From NCBI RefSeq assembly GCF_006345805.1, contig NC_042999.1:19592001-19656000 (forward strand): a stretch of 64,000 nt of DNA. The letters run 5' to 3'. Below, in pieces: positions 51,479 to 64,000 of the stretch. Positions within the stretch are counted from its first letter, which is position 1. Each line of letters starts with the position of its first letter. A program made the translations under genes and the position numbers. The stretch is from Octopus sinensis. Lineage: Eukaryota. The notes beneath the pieces were generated by a model. It ran no database searches, was not told the DNA's origin, and was given only the letters and a program-made list of their open reading frames with translations.

Positions 51479-53521
51479 GGCTCCCAGGAGGGAGAGAAGA
51501 GTAGCATAGACATTTAAAAAATTATTGTTTAAATTGTGAAGTTCATGGTACAAAAACATTGAAAAATTCCGACGTTAACGAAAAAAATATCCTATTTTAT
51601 GTGAGATAGCTATTCCAAAAGTCCACTGAAGTTTTTAGTTTCCTTTAAGACAAAACGTTTGTATCATAGAACCAGGGGCAGTTCCCCAGGCGGATTATCA
51701 AGGGGATTAACTCGTTGCCTGTCCAAAGCATTTCCATTTCTTTGTCCCGAATGCCAATGCTTGTTTTCAGACTTAGTTAACCCTTGTTTCATGTGTTTTG
51801 AGTAATGTAAATCTCACTTTTTAGGGATCTCAAGTTTTTCTAGTGATTAAGAGAAAAAATTTTAATGGGCATCATATATGATGCATGGATATCAAGGAAA
51901 TAAATGTTTCTGTTTCTTTATTGCCCACAAGGAGCTAAACATAGAGGGGACAAACAAGGACAGACAAACGGATTAAGTCGATTACATCGACCCCAGTGCG
52001 TAACTGGTACTTAATTTATCGACCCCGAAAGGATGAAAGCAAAGTCGACCTCGGCAGAATTTGAACTCAGAACGTAACGACAGACGTATGTGATAAACAG
52101 GACAAAGTTTGTTCCTTCTCGAGCCATGCCTGGCTCATAAGGGCCGGTTTCCCGGTTTCCCGGTTTCCTTGGTGTATAGGTTCTCCACCTGGACGGGACG
52201 CTTGTCTGTCGCAGATGAGGAAAGTGTGAGAGAAAATTGTGGTGAAAGAGTCAGCAGAAGTTCGCTATTACCTTCTGCTGGAGCCGCGTGGAGCTTAGGT
52301 GTTTTCGCTCATAAACACACACGTCACCTGGTTTGAGATTCGAATCCGCGATCCCTCAACCGTGAGTCCACTGCTCTAACCACTAGGCCATGTACCTCCA
52401 CAAACAGGACAAAGAGTTAAATGTGTAAAGTTGACAGTATCTAAGGCAGCTTTCATAGCATCTTCATTGTGAACCCCTTTAACACAGAGAGAGAGAGAGA
52501 GAAACTTTGGAAATCTGGGACCTCTTTTTATCAGTGAATTATTACTGCTTTTACCCTTCCATTGAACGTGAAGTATTTTTTGCGACAAAAGATAATTTAT
52601 TCAGTAGAGAACATCAGCACTCGTTCAGGCTCTGTTATGCGCATTTTAAATATAAACACCAGCTGCTTCTTTTTAATGTCACAAAGTCCAACATCTCTTC
52701 TTTCACAGATATATCAGAGAAAAAAAAACAACAAAAAGCAAAAAAAAGCGAATGAATATTGACAGTCTTAGGGTGTCATGTGTGTTAGATTTTTGAAGAG
52801 CTAAGCTGAATGCAAAGAAATTCTTTAATCATAATGCATTTTGCCTGCAACATTAGCACTGATTTAGGAGATACGCCTATCTGTAGTGTGGCAAGAAACT
52901 TCTGTTTGTATTATTAACTGCTAAAGTTCTCTTTTTTTTTTTTTATCTAATGTTGCAACAACTTCATATATATTCTTAACAAATTTGCCTCCAGAATATG
53001 AGCGTTTAGTACAAACAAAATTCCACGAAATAAAATTAGCTTTAGTCGTTGTATTGGTTCATTACAGAATATTGTCAAGAGTGTTTGCAGGCAATTAAGT
53101 GGTGATTTTTAACATAGATAACTTGATATTATTTTTTCCCCCTTAATTCTGATTTAGGTAGATAATCACAGGTAAAGATTGTATGATTTGATTCATAATA
53201 CTTTCAGATGTTGGCACAAGGCTAACAGGTTTTGAGGTGAGGAGAAAGGTGAACACAATGACCCAGTATTCAACTGATACTAATTTTATTGGCCCCGAAA
53301 CCATGAAAGATAAAATTGACCTTGGCAGGATTTGAACTCAGGATGGAAAGAGATAGAAGAAATGCCACTAAGCATTTTACCAGACGCCCTGAGATGTTTG
53401 GCAGCTCACAGCCTTTAATGGTTTCAAATTTTGGTACAAAACTAGCAATTCTATGGGGAAAGTGTTACTTGATTACATCAACCCCAGTATTTAACTGGTA
53501 TTTATTTCATTGATCCTGAAA

Positions 53522-54127
53522 GGCGCAGGAGTGGCTGTGTAACATGTAGCTTGCTTACATGGTCCTTACATGGTTCCAGGTTCAGTCCCACTGTGTGGCA
53601 CCTTGGATAAGTGTCTTCTACTATAGCCTCGGACTGACCAAAGCCTTGTGAGTGGATCAGGTAGAGGGAAACTGAAAGAAGCCTGTCATATATATGTGTA
53701 TATGTGACTGCACGTGTACCATTGGCGATTTTCTTTCTCCGTCTTTTCTTCCTTGAACCTTTCCTTTTTCTATGTTTCTGACAAAGAGCTCCGCTCGAAA
53801 CGTTGAATCTTCCCTCTTTCTTTCCTTTCCTGAGCATCCAATAACACTATACTTGTTCCATGTCCTTGCGTTGTGTTTTCTCTTTGTTCATGTTGGGATT
53901 AACTATGTATGTGTGTATGTGTATCTGTGTTTGTCCCCTCCAACATCGCTTGACAACCGATGCTTGTGTGTTTACGTCCCCGTAACTTAGCGGTTTGGCA
54001 AAAGAGACTAATAGAATAAGTACTAGGCTTACAAAGAATAAGTCCTGGAGTCGTTTTGCTCGACTAAAGGTGGTGCTCCAGCATGGCCACAGTCAAATGA
54101 CTGAAACAAGTAAAAGAGTAAAAGAGT
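53522..54127 (+). mobile_element. Family A SINE carrying a ~200-bp insertion in its microsatellite
   Basis: Head 53522-53700, foreign segment 53705-53905, tail to 54127. Confidence 0.85.
53774..53808 (+). ncRNA. Degenerate minimal hammerhead-like motif
   Basis: GTTT-CTGACAA-A-GAGC tcc GCTC-GAAA-CG-TT-GAAT; CAA could be CpG decay of CGA. Confidence 0.5.
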
Positions 54128-54359
54128 AGACAATAAAAGGTAAAGTTTACATTGGCAGAAATTGAATCCAGAACGTAAAGGGCTGGAAGAAATAACACTT
54201 CGACCAACCGGCCAACAATTCTCCATTTCCTGCCTTTAATGGTTTCAAATTTTCACATGAGACCAGCAGTTTTAGGGAAGGGTTAAGTTGATTAAATCGA
54301 CTCCAGTAATCTACTGATATTATTTTACTGACTCCAAAAAGACGACAGGTGAAGCAAAG

Positions 54360-54785
54360 CGGTGAGCTGGCAGAAGCGTTAGCACGCTGGGCGAAACGCT
54401 CAGCGGTATTTCGTATGCCGTTACGCTCTGAGTTCAAATTCCGCCGAGGTCGACTTTGCCTTTCATCCTTTCAGGGTTGATTAAATAAGTACCATAAGTA
54501 CCAGTTACACACTGGGGTTAATATAATCGACTTAATCCGTTTGTCTCTCCTTGTTTGTCCCCTCTGTGTTTAGCCCCTTGCGTGTAGTAAAGAAATAGGT
54601 ATTTCGTCTGTCTTTACGTTCTGAGTTCAAAATCTGCCAAGGTCGACTTTGCCTTTCATCCTTTCGGGGTCGATTAAATAAGTACCAGTTACCCACTGGG
54701 GTCGATATAGTCGACTTAATTCGTTTGTCTGTCCTTGTTTGTCCCCTCTGTGTTTAGCTCCATGTGGGTAGTAAAGAAATAGGTA
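54360..54785 (+). mobile_element. Tandem family C SINE dimer
   Basis: Two units joined at AAAGAAATAGGTATTTCG. Confidence 0.85.
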
Positions 54786-55209
54786 AAGTGAAGCTTTGGC
54801 AGGATTTGAACTCAAGAAATGCTGCTAAACATTTGGCATGATGCCCTGAAAATTCTGCCAGCTCGTCAGCTCAATTTGTTTCATAACGGCTGATCATATT
54901 TCTGGCATTGCTGTGTATAAAGTAACAGATAGAAATTAGACACAATGAATGCAAGTTTTTCTTCTTGCTTTGGCTTGAAGTGTTTTTTCCCATCTCTTTA
55001 TTTCCATTTCTTGCAGTTTTATGATGCCATCTGTCACATGGAACAAAAGTTGCCTCTGGGGTGTACCATGGTGGGCCTCTGACACCAGGTTCATAGGAAT
55101 AATTTCCAATAAAACCAAAGGACATTCGCATTTCACTACTCCATAACTTTACATATTATTATTTTGCTACATTAAAGGAAAGTGGTAAGCTACTAAAATC
55201 GATAACAAA

Positions 55210-55423
55210 CTCTTTTACTCTTTTACATGTTTCAGTCACTTGACTGTGGTCATGCTGGAGCACCGTCTTTAGTTGAACAAATCGACCCCAGGACTTATTC
55301 TTCGTAGCCTAGTACTTATTCTATTGGTCTCTTTTGCCGAACCGCTAAGTTACGAGAACGCAAACACACCAGCATAGGTTGTCAAGCAATGTTGGGAGGA
55401 CAAACACTGACACACAAACATAT

Positions 55424-55470
<47 letters not shown>

Positions 55471-55633
55471 CGACTGGCTTCTTTCAGTTTCTGTCTACCA
55501 AATCCACTCACAAGACTTTGGTCGGCCTGAGGCTATAGTAGGAGACACTTGCCCAAGGTGTTACACAGTGGGACTGAACCCAGAACCATGTGGTTCATAA
55601 GCAATTTACTTACCACATAGCCACTCCAACACC
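55210..55633 (-). mobile_element. Family A SINE
   Basis: Family head and tail in reverse. Confidence 0.9.
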
Positions 55634-57477
55634 TGAAGCTGCACAAAATGTTTTAACAGTATTTTGAACAACGCTACGTTCTGAGTTCAAACTCTGCTAA
55701 CGTCAACTTTGCTTTTCATCTTTTCAGGATCAATAAAATGAAGTACCAGTGAAACACTGGGGTCAATGTAAATGACATACACCCTAGCCTAAAATGGCTT
55801 CTCTTGTGACAAAATTTGAAACCGTTCTTTCTTACTCTAGAATAGCAGGAAACCAGCAGAATCATTAGAGCGCCATGTAAAATGCTTAAAATCATTTCTT
55901 GTAGTTCTTTAAGATACGAGTTCAAATCCTGCCAAGCTTGACTTTACTTTTCATCTTTTCGGAGTTGGTAAAATATGTATATGGAGTCGATCTAATCTTA
56001 ACACACAGTCACCCCTGTGCCTATACATGGATATCAACGGGGCATTACACAACAATTTCTTTATCTAAAAGGGAAAGTGGTATTTGAAGGAGATTTAGCT
56101 GCTATTTCCAGCATGTTGAATAACTTCGTAGAGGCTCCTTCATTTGCGTGTACTGGCTCTCTTGGTTTTATGCAGTTGAGAAACTGGAGCGAATGTATGC
56201 AAAACAATTATTTTAGATACGAAGTGAATTGTGTTAGAAAATAGCCCTAGAGGAACATTTTGCTAGCTCATGTATGTGTATATATACATATATATATATA
56301 TATATGTGTGCATGTGTGTGCGTGCATGTATATATATGTATGTGTGTGTATGTATGTATATATATATATATATATAGATGTATATATATGTAAATATAAT
56401 ATATGTGTGTTAGAGGATTGCCTGTAGGTCAGTTCTAATTTACTTAGTTGATAATTTAATATATTCAATAAGATTACTTCTTTCTCTTAAAAATCAGCAT
56501 TTTAAAATATCGAGAATTGTATTCCCTTTACTAATTTCTATGCTTTTGTAGTTGTCTCAGAGAAAAATCATAACAGTAAATGTTTTGTTCCAGTTTCATT
56601 GTTAATTATATTTACAAAAATAGTTCCCTTCTTTACATATTTCTTTGTATAACTGTGGTGGCAGTTACTCTTGAAAATATTCTTTTAACTGTGGTATTAC
56701 ACTTAATGTATATTCTGACAAATCTGGTGCTTGGTTACCATGCAATTTACCTGTAGATATCATACCTCCATACCCACAGTTTATATGGGTAGAGTAGAAT
56801 AGTTAGTGGGCTGTTATGTAGATAGATTTGTTGCAACAACCATGCTCTCAAAAGGTGTTTTTTATGTGCTACCTGCACGGGAGCCAGTCTGGTGTCACTG
56901 GCAATGACCATGCTCGAATGCTGTTTTTCATGTGCCAGTAAGGCAACACTAGCAACGATCATGCTCGAATGGTGCTTTTCACGTGCCACCAGCATGGAAG
57001 CCAATCCATGGCCCTGGCAACGATCACACTCACTGGTGAAATTTCCACTTATTTCTTATTTTTATTTTCATAAAATTTTCGTTGCATCTTGCAAATTTTT
57101 CAATAGTCTTGACTCGAAGTTTGCAAGATTCAACGAAAATTTTAGGAAAATAAAAATAAGAAATAAGTAGAAATTTCACCGGTGCGTGTGTTAAATTATA
57201 AGGCACAAAAAGAAAATGACTCTCCCCAGACACAACAAATTCTGTCTTTATGTTCTAAGTTCAAAATCTGCCAAGGTCGACTTTGCCTTTCATTCTCTCA
57301 GGGTTGGTGAATTAAGTGCCAGTTGTGTACTGGGGTTGATCTAATTTTGGGCCTTGGGCCTAGAGTAGAAAAGAATATTTCTTGGTACATGACTGATTAG
57401 TTCTTTGCATTCCTGTTCTAGTCAAATCTGGAAGTTTCCTTGCAACAATTCTTTATTCTTAGGAAACATGCTTTAAT

Positions 57478-57865
57478 CTTTACTCTTTTACTTGTTTCAG
57501 TCATTTGACTGTGGCCATACTGGAGCACCACCTTTAGTTGAGCAAATCGACCCCTGGACTTATTCTTTGTAAGCCTAGTACTTATTCTATCAGTCTCTTT
57601 TGCCGAACCGCTAAGTTATGGGGACGGAAACACACCAGCATCGGCTGTCAAGCGATGCTGGAGGGACAAACACTGACACACACACATATATGTACATATA
57701 TACGACGGGCTTCTTTCAGTTTCCGTGTACCAAATCTACTCACAAGGCTTTGGTCAGCCCAAGGCTACAGTAGAAGACACTTGTCCAAGGTGTCCCGCAG
57801 TGCGACTGAACCCAGAACCATGTGGTTGGTAAGCAAGCTACTGACCACAGAGCCACTCCTATGCC
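57478..57865 (-). mobile_element. Family A SINE
   Basis: Family head and tail in reverse. Confidence 0.9.
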
Positions 57866-58204
57866 TAGATGAAATTTTATTAATCGAAATGTTAAGCATA
57901 TTCACCATCATTTTAAAATCCACTTTCCATGCTTGCATCGATCAGATGGAATTTGTTGTGACAGATATTGCTACAGTCAGATAGCATTCCTGTCGCCATA
58001 CTTTACCTGTTTTCATGTGAAGTCATAATTTGCCATTAGCAGGTATGTTTCCACAGATTGGAAAGTAAGGACACAACCTGCATGACAGTGAAGCTTGTTT
58101 ACAAACATCACATGAAATCAATACAAGAAGATAGTAATGTGGATGTATGCACATACACAACACACACAAACACACATACACACACACATATGATGGGCTT
58201 ACAG

Positions 58205-58625
58205 TTTCTTATTTCTTTACTGCCCACACGGGGTTATACACAGAGGGAACAAACGAGGACAGACAAACGGACTAAGTCAATTATATCGACCCCAGTGCAT
58301 AACTAGTACTTATTTAATTGACCCTGAAAGGATGAAAGGCGTAGTCGAATTTGGTGGAATTTGAACTCAGAACATAGCGGCAGACGAAATACCTATTTCT
58401 TTACTACCCACAAGGGGCCAAACACAGAGAGGACAAACGAGGACAGACAAAGATATTAAGTCGATTATATCAACCCCAGTGTGTAACTGGTACTTATTTA
58501 ATCGACCCCGAAAGGATGAAAGGCAAAGTCGACTCCGGCAGAATTTGAACTCAGAACATAGCAGCAGACGAAATACTGCTAAGCATTTCGTTTGGTGTGC
58601 TCACGTTTCTGCCAGCTCGCTGCCT
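58205..58625 (-). mobile_element. Tandem family C SINE dimer
   Basis: Same structure as 54360-54785 in reverse. Confidence 0.85.
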
Positions 58626-59279
58626 TCTGATGGGCCTTCAGTTTCTGTCTACCAGATCATATTCACCCACAAGCCTTTGGCCAATCTGAGGGTGTAGTAA
58701 AAGACCCTTTCTCAAGATAGCATGCTGTGGGAATGAATCCCAAAGCATGTGGTTAGAAAACAAAATTCTTTCCGCACAGCCATGCATCCATCCATATATC
58801 TAAATTCCTTTTTTTCCTTTTTCACACGGAATTTACTGTAATTCAGTACCTAAATTCGTTTTAAGATTCACATACCAAAAATTGGGAACACAGACAATAC
58901 AAAATTGCTTTGTTCATTCAAAACAGTTATAGTAATATAACTTTTCCTTTTAGAACACCAAATTTGTCTTCAAATGCACCAATTCCAGGTTTCATAAATG
59001 TCAAAGATCATTAGCTGCATCTGGGTACATAACATAAAATTTCTGGTACTTTCCTGTTATTGACAGCTATTCTTTTTTTATTTACTAAAAGGTAAGCAAA
59101 TAAGTTATTATATTCATGAGTCAGGTGTAATAGTTGATAAGCAGACTTTTGAAATAGCTTTGACCGTCTCATGGCGGAGGAAAAAGTGCAAGAAATTGGG
59201 TGATTCTTTCCTCTTGTGAAAGAAGATTTTGTTCAAAACACTTAATTCCTTACATTTTTGCCCTCCACTTCCTTTATCA

Positions 59280-59515
59280 TCCTCATCATCTTCATCGTTT
59301 AACATCCGTTTTCCATGCTAGCATGGGTTGGACGGTTCGACTGGGTCTGGGAAGCCAGGAGGCTGCACCAAGCCCCAGTCTGATCTGGCAGTGTTTTTAC
59401 AGCTGGATGCCTTTCTTAAGGCCAACCACTCTGTGAGTGTAGTGGGTGCTTTTTACATGCCACTGGCACAGGTGCCAGGGGAGGCTGGCAACAGCCACGA
59501 TAGGTTGGTGCTTTT
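59280..59515 (-). mobile_element. Family B 3' end
   Basis: Family motifs in reverse. Confidence 0.8.
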
Positions 59516-60009
59516 TAGTAAATAATTTTTTAAAAATTATCAATAATAGAGTGGTTCCAAGTTTCCTCACATGAGATCTGTTGCAAGCAGCAGATATATG
59601 AAAATGGAATCTTAATGCATGCTGCAAATGTAATGCCATCTAACTCGATCTTGCACAATCTCAACTCACTTATTTCTCCTCCTTACTTCCCCTATATTAT
59701 GACCAAAATCATGGGCCCTTTGCACTAACTCCATACAATAGTTTTAATGTCACATTAAACAAAGGCTATATAACTCACCATTTTACATACCTCATGTTTA
59801 TCATTCATATCTCTGAAGATGACCAGATTAGCAGTTTTTCTCTTTGTGCTCATGCGGTGACTTATTAGGCCAGTAGTGGCACAAAATCCACAGGGAAATT
59901 GCAGGCACACTTAAGGGCAGAGCCAGGAACCAGTGGGACCCTTGCCATCTGTGCAGCTCTCCTCTAGACCATTATGGAATTATGTTTTATTTACTTGAAG
60001 TTCCAAGTT

Positions 60010-60620
60010 CATCATCAGCATCATCATCATCATCAACATCCTCATCATTTAACATCTGCTTTCCATGCTGGCATGGGTGGACGGTTTGACTGAGGACTGG
60101 TGAGCCAGAGGCTGCACCAGGCTCCAATCCAATATGGCAATGTTTCTATAGCTGAATGCCCTTCCTAATGCCAACCACTCCGAGAGTGTAATGGGTGCTT
60201 TTATATGGCACTGGCACGGGTGCCAGTCAGGCAGTTCTGGCAACAACCATACTCAAAAGGTGTTTTTTATGTGCTACCTGCATGGGAGCCAGTCTGGTGT
60301 CACTGGCAATGACCACGCTCGAATGCTTTTATTCATGTGCCACCGGCATATGTGCCAGTAAGGCGACACTGGCAACGATCACACTCAAATGGTGCTTTTC
60401 ACGTGCCACCAGCATGGGAGCCAATCGATGGCCCTAGCAATGATCACGCTCGGATGTGCTTTTAACATTCCACTGGCACAAGTGCCAATCAGGCCGTACT
60501 GTCATTGGCCACGTTAGCAATTTTGATTTGTCTTCACTTGCCTCAACAGGTCTTCGCAAGCAAAGTTCATTGTTCAATGAATGAGGGGTACTCATAAGTG
60601 GGCCAGTTACACCCCACATT
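60010..60620 (-). mobile_element. Family B 3' end
   Basis: Family motifs in reverse. Confidence 0.8.
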
Positions 60621-60719
60621 CAGATGAGCTTCAATTTCTCCATAAAATTCCCCATTTGCCATAGACCAGCTTCTCATTGCACAACAATAGAAAGGTGTCT
60701 CCATCACTTAACACTATAG

Positions 60720-61075
60720 AAGCATACTTTACTTGTACTTATGGCGACATTTACCCTGGGTGGGTTCAGTCGGCTTCTTCCTTGGAAGAAGCTTCGTGGG
60801 AATATGTGGATTTCACAAGCGGTCCCCAACAATCCCGCACGTAGAGACATCCTGTTTGCTGCTGATTGTCTGCAGACGCAGGGACAGAATGACCGAGGAG
60901 CCACCGGTTGCTGAAACAGACACTCCGAGAATTTTAACCAGAGCCCCCATCTGCCGGGTTGTGGCCCTAATACTACTCGGTGTCAGACCAATCCGCCTTG
61001 GCTGGCCCTACCAGGAACCGAAATTCCCGACGGCATAGCTCTGACACCATATAGCAGCATAAGATAAGCAACATT
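60720..61075 (-). mobile_element. RTE-like LINE 5' leader fragment
   Basis: CpG-rich; GAGCTATGCCGTCGGGAA..TTCCTGGTAGGGCCAGCCAAGGC..TTGGTC resembles Rex3/Expander 5' UTRs (from memory). Confidence 0.55.
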
Positions 61076-61522
61076 CCGATGGATCATTAAAATTTGAAAG
61101 AGGACAAAAATCTAATAGAAATTCAGAACCGAATTTTATCAATGGCCTCTGAAGAGTAACACCACTCCATACCGATTTAGATGAGACTGTTTCACAATGT
61201 GTGGCCACTAGACTGAATCACACGGCAAATGTATTTTTTAAAAGATCTGATTGACTGAAGTTTTATGTTTAATAATTTTTGAAATTCAAATGGATTCAGA
61301 GTAAGTTTTACAAGTAATTGCTTCTGAAGATTTCAAATAACTGTGTTACTTTAATGTTATGAAGCTCCCTTTAAGTGGAAAGCAGAAAAATAAAAACATC
61401 TTCTTACACGTTAATACACAAGTAGGCATGTTCACATAAACACATGTAACATTTTAAAAGCACGTATATATACATACACACAGACACACATATTTATATA
61501 TATATATATACACACACGCAGC

Positions 61523-61556
<34 letters not shown>

Positions 61557-61560
61557 TATT

Positions 61561-61598
<38 letters not shown>

Positions 61599-61599
61599 G

Positions 61600-61637
<38 letters not shown>

Positions 61638-62089
61638 CACACATACACACACATACACACGTATACATATATACAGATGCTCGTATACACACAGGTGCTT
61701 TTATTTTTCATAGATAAGCATATACTCAAAGTGTATGTTTTCAAAGACACACACATGTGTACGCACACATGCACACTCACACACATACACAAACACATAC
61801 ACATACATACACAAACATACACATATATATATATGATATACACAAACATCCATTTAATTTAAATAGAGGTACACATGCACACATACATATGCATATACAC
61901 AGCTGTGTGTGTGTGTATATATATTAACACATATATATATATCTACACACACACAGACATATGTACACTTATATATACAGACGTAGATATATGTATATAG
62001 GTATATATACATGTAAATACTTACATAGGTATAAATGTGTGTTTATGTAGATATATATATATATATACATACCTCGTTCAGAGATTTAT

Positions 62090-62120
<31 letters not shown>

Positions 62121-62202
62121 AGAGAGAGAGAGAGAGATAGAGATAGGTAGATAGGTAGTTAGGTAGATAGATAGGTAGATAGATAGACAGATAGATATAT
62201 AG

Positions 62203-62239
<37 letters not shown>

Positions 62240-63114
62240 TATAGATAGATAGATAGATAGATAGATAGAGTGATAGATAGTAAGATAGATAGACATATAG
62301 ATAGATAGACAGATAGACAGACAGATAGATAGATATAAATATATGTCCATGTTTTTATATATGTATACACAATCTCGTAGTTTCAGGTTTTCATAAGTAG
62401 CAGTCACAGACATGCTTATATTTTCAATATTTTCTCAATACATACACACGCACACAAACATTTCCTCCCCACCTCCTTTCTCTCTTCTTTTTATCATTCT
62501 TGTGCATTCATACACAATTCTACACATTCACATACGCAAAACGAAGCCAAAATAAAAATAGAATTTCACAACAACACTCTTAGACTTAAACCATTTTTCA
62601 TTCACATATTCCCATACATTCATCATATTCATGAATATATATTTATATAGACAATCACCGAAACCTACCCTCACAGCAAAGCTTACTCTTTCTACCTCCA
62701 TCCCCCCTCTCTCTCTCCCTCTCTCTCTCTTTCTCTCTCTCTCGTTCCCTGGCTGGCGAAGAGAAATGGGGATATTGAATTTTGCTCTGAAACTGGCAAA
62801 GATGATTTAAATTGTGCTCCAGAAACCCAGTGCATTGGGTCTCAGGGTAAAATACTTATAAATAGCTTTGATATTCGTTTCTCAATCTATTTTCTACATA
62901 TTTATGAGTTCTGCACAGTTTTAAAACTTTGTACATTTTCTAGCAGTAGAATATTCAATGTTGTACATTTTATCCATTCTATAAACTGACATTTGCATCA
63001 AGATATATTTTGATTTACATCTTAAGAGTATTCTTTTAGCTATCTATCTATCGATCGATCGATTGGCCCATCTACCTCTCTCACCCTCATCCCTATACAT
63101 ATATACATAGATAC

Positions 63115-63191
<77 letters not shown>

Positions 63192-63224
63192 CATACATAC
63201 ACACACAAACACACACATATATAT

Positions 63225-63645
63225 ACTCTTTACTCTTTACTCTTTTACTTGTTTCAGTCATTTGACTGCGGCCATGCTGGAGCACCGCCTTTAGTCGACC
63301 AAATCGAACCTGGGACTTATTCTTTGTAAGCCCAGTACTTATTCTATCAGTCTCTTTTGCCGAACCGCTAGGTGACGGGGATGTAAACACACCAGCATCG
63401 GTTGTCTAGCAATGCTAGGGAGACAAACACAGACACACAAACACACACAGACACAAACACACACATACATATATACATATATACGACAGGCTTTTTTCAG
63501 TTTCGTCTACCAAATCCACTCACAAGGCATTGGTCAGCCCGGGGCTATAGCAGAAGACACTTGCTCAAGATGCCACGCAGTGGGACTGAACCCAGAACCA
63601 TGTGGTTGGTAAGCAAGCTACTTATCACACAGCCACTCCTGCGCC
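63225..63645 (-). mobile_element. Family A SINE
   Basis: Family head and tail in reverse; a further 3' fragment lies at 63690-63776. Confidence 0.9.
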
Positions 63646-63797
63646 TATATATAATTTTATATATAATTTTATATATAATTTTATTTTTTTATTTCTTTCA
63701 GTCATTTGACTGTGGCCATGTGACCATGCTGGAGGCACCATCTTTAGTTGAGCAAGTCAACCCCAGGACTTATTCTGGTCCTCTATGGATCACATCC

Positions 63798-64000
63798 CTA
63801 CTTCTCAACATAGTCACCGTTTCTCTCAATAGCAATGTTCCACCTTCAAAGGAGAGCATGTATCCCTGCCCCGTAAAATTCTGTTGACTGTTCTTTGAGC
63901 CACTTCTTCACTACAGTTTTCACTTCCTCATCACTAGAATTATGTTTGCCTCTCAAATCCTCTTTCATGGGGTCAAAGAGATGATAGTCCAGTTACGAGG
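63798..64000 (-). pseudogene. mariner transposase C-terminal fragment (runs off the window)
   Basis: DYHLFDPMKEDLRGKHNSSDEEVKTVVKKWLKEQSTEFYGAGIHALL*RWNIAIERNGDYVEK*. Confidence 0.9.

Noticed and set aside
54871-55136. Overlapping short ORFs in unique sequence
   Set aside because: No recognisable domain and no consistent splice-site pair

Overview
AT-rich, repeat-dominated eukaryotic DNA, very probably coleoid cephalopod (Octopus-like), judged from the SINE families and the density of (TA)n/(CA)n/(TACA)n/(GAT)n microsatellites. I see no intact protein-coding gene. Almost all listed ORFs are microsatellite or SINE read-through. The window holds: three tRNA-type SINE families; many 5'-truncated RTE-LINE 3' ends with an internal ~60-bp VNTR and (GAT)n tails; fossils of R4/Dong-like, RTE and CR1/L2-like LINEs; Tc1/mariner, pogo-like and hAT fragments; piggyBac-like and Merlin-like MITEs; non-autonomous Helitrons; a probable solo LTR; and a few possible orphan exons. 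The most interesting signal is a set of short (100-300 bp) non-coding elements of several sequence types that sit in (TA)n/(TACA)n microsatellites and carry minimal hammerhead-ribozyme-like cores with palindromic helix III, as in Penelope/retrozyme elements. Two CpG-rich, strongly structured islands (28713-28985 and 60720-61075) look like retroelement 5' leaders. All folds and alignments were done by eye, so boundaries are approximate.
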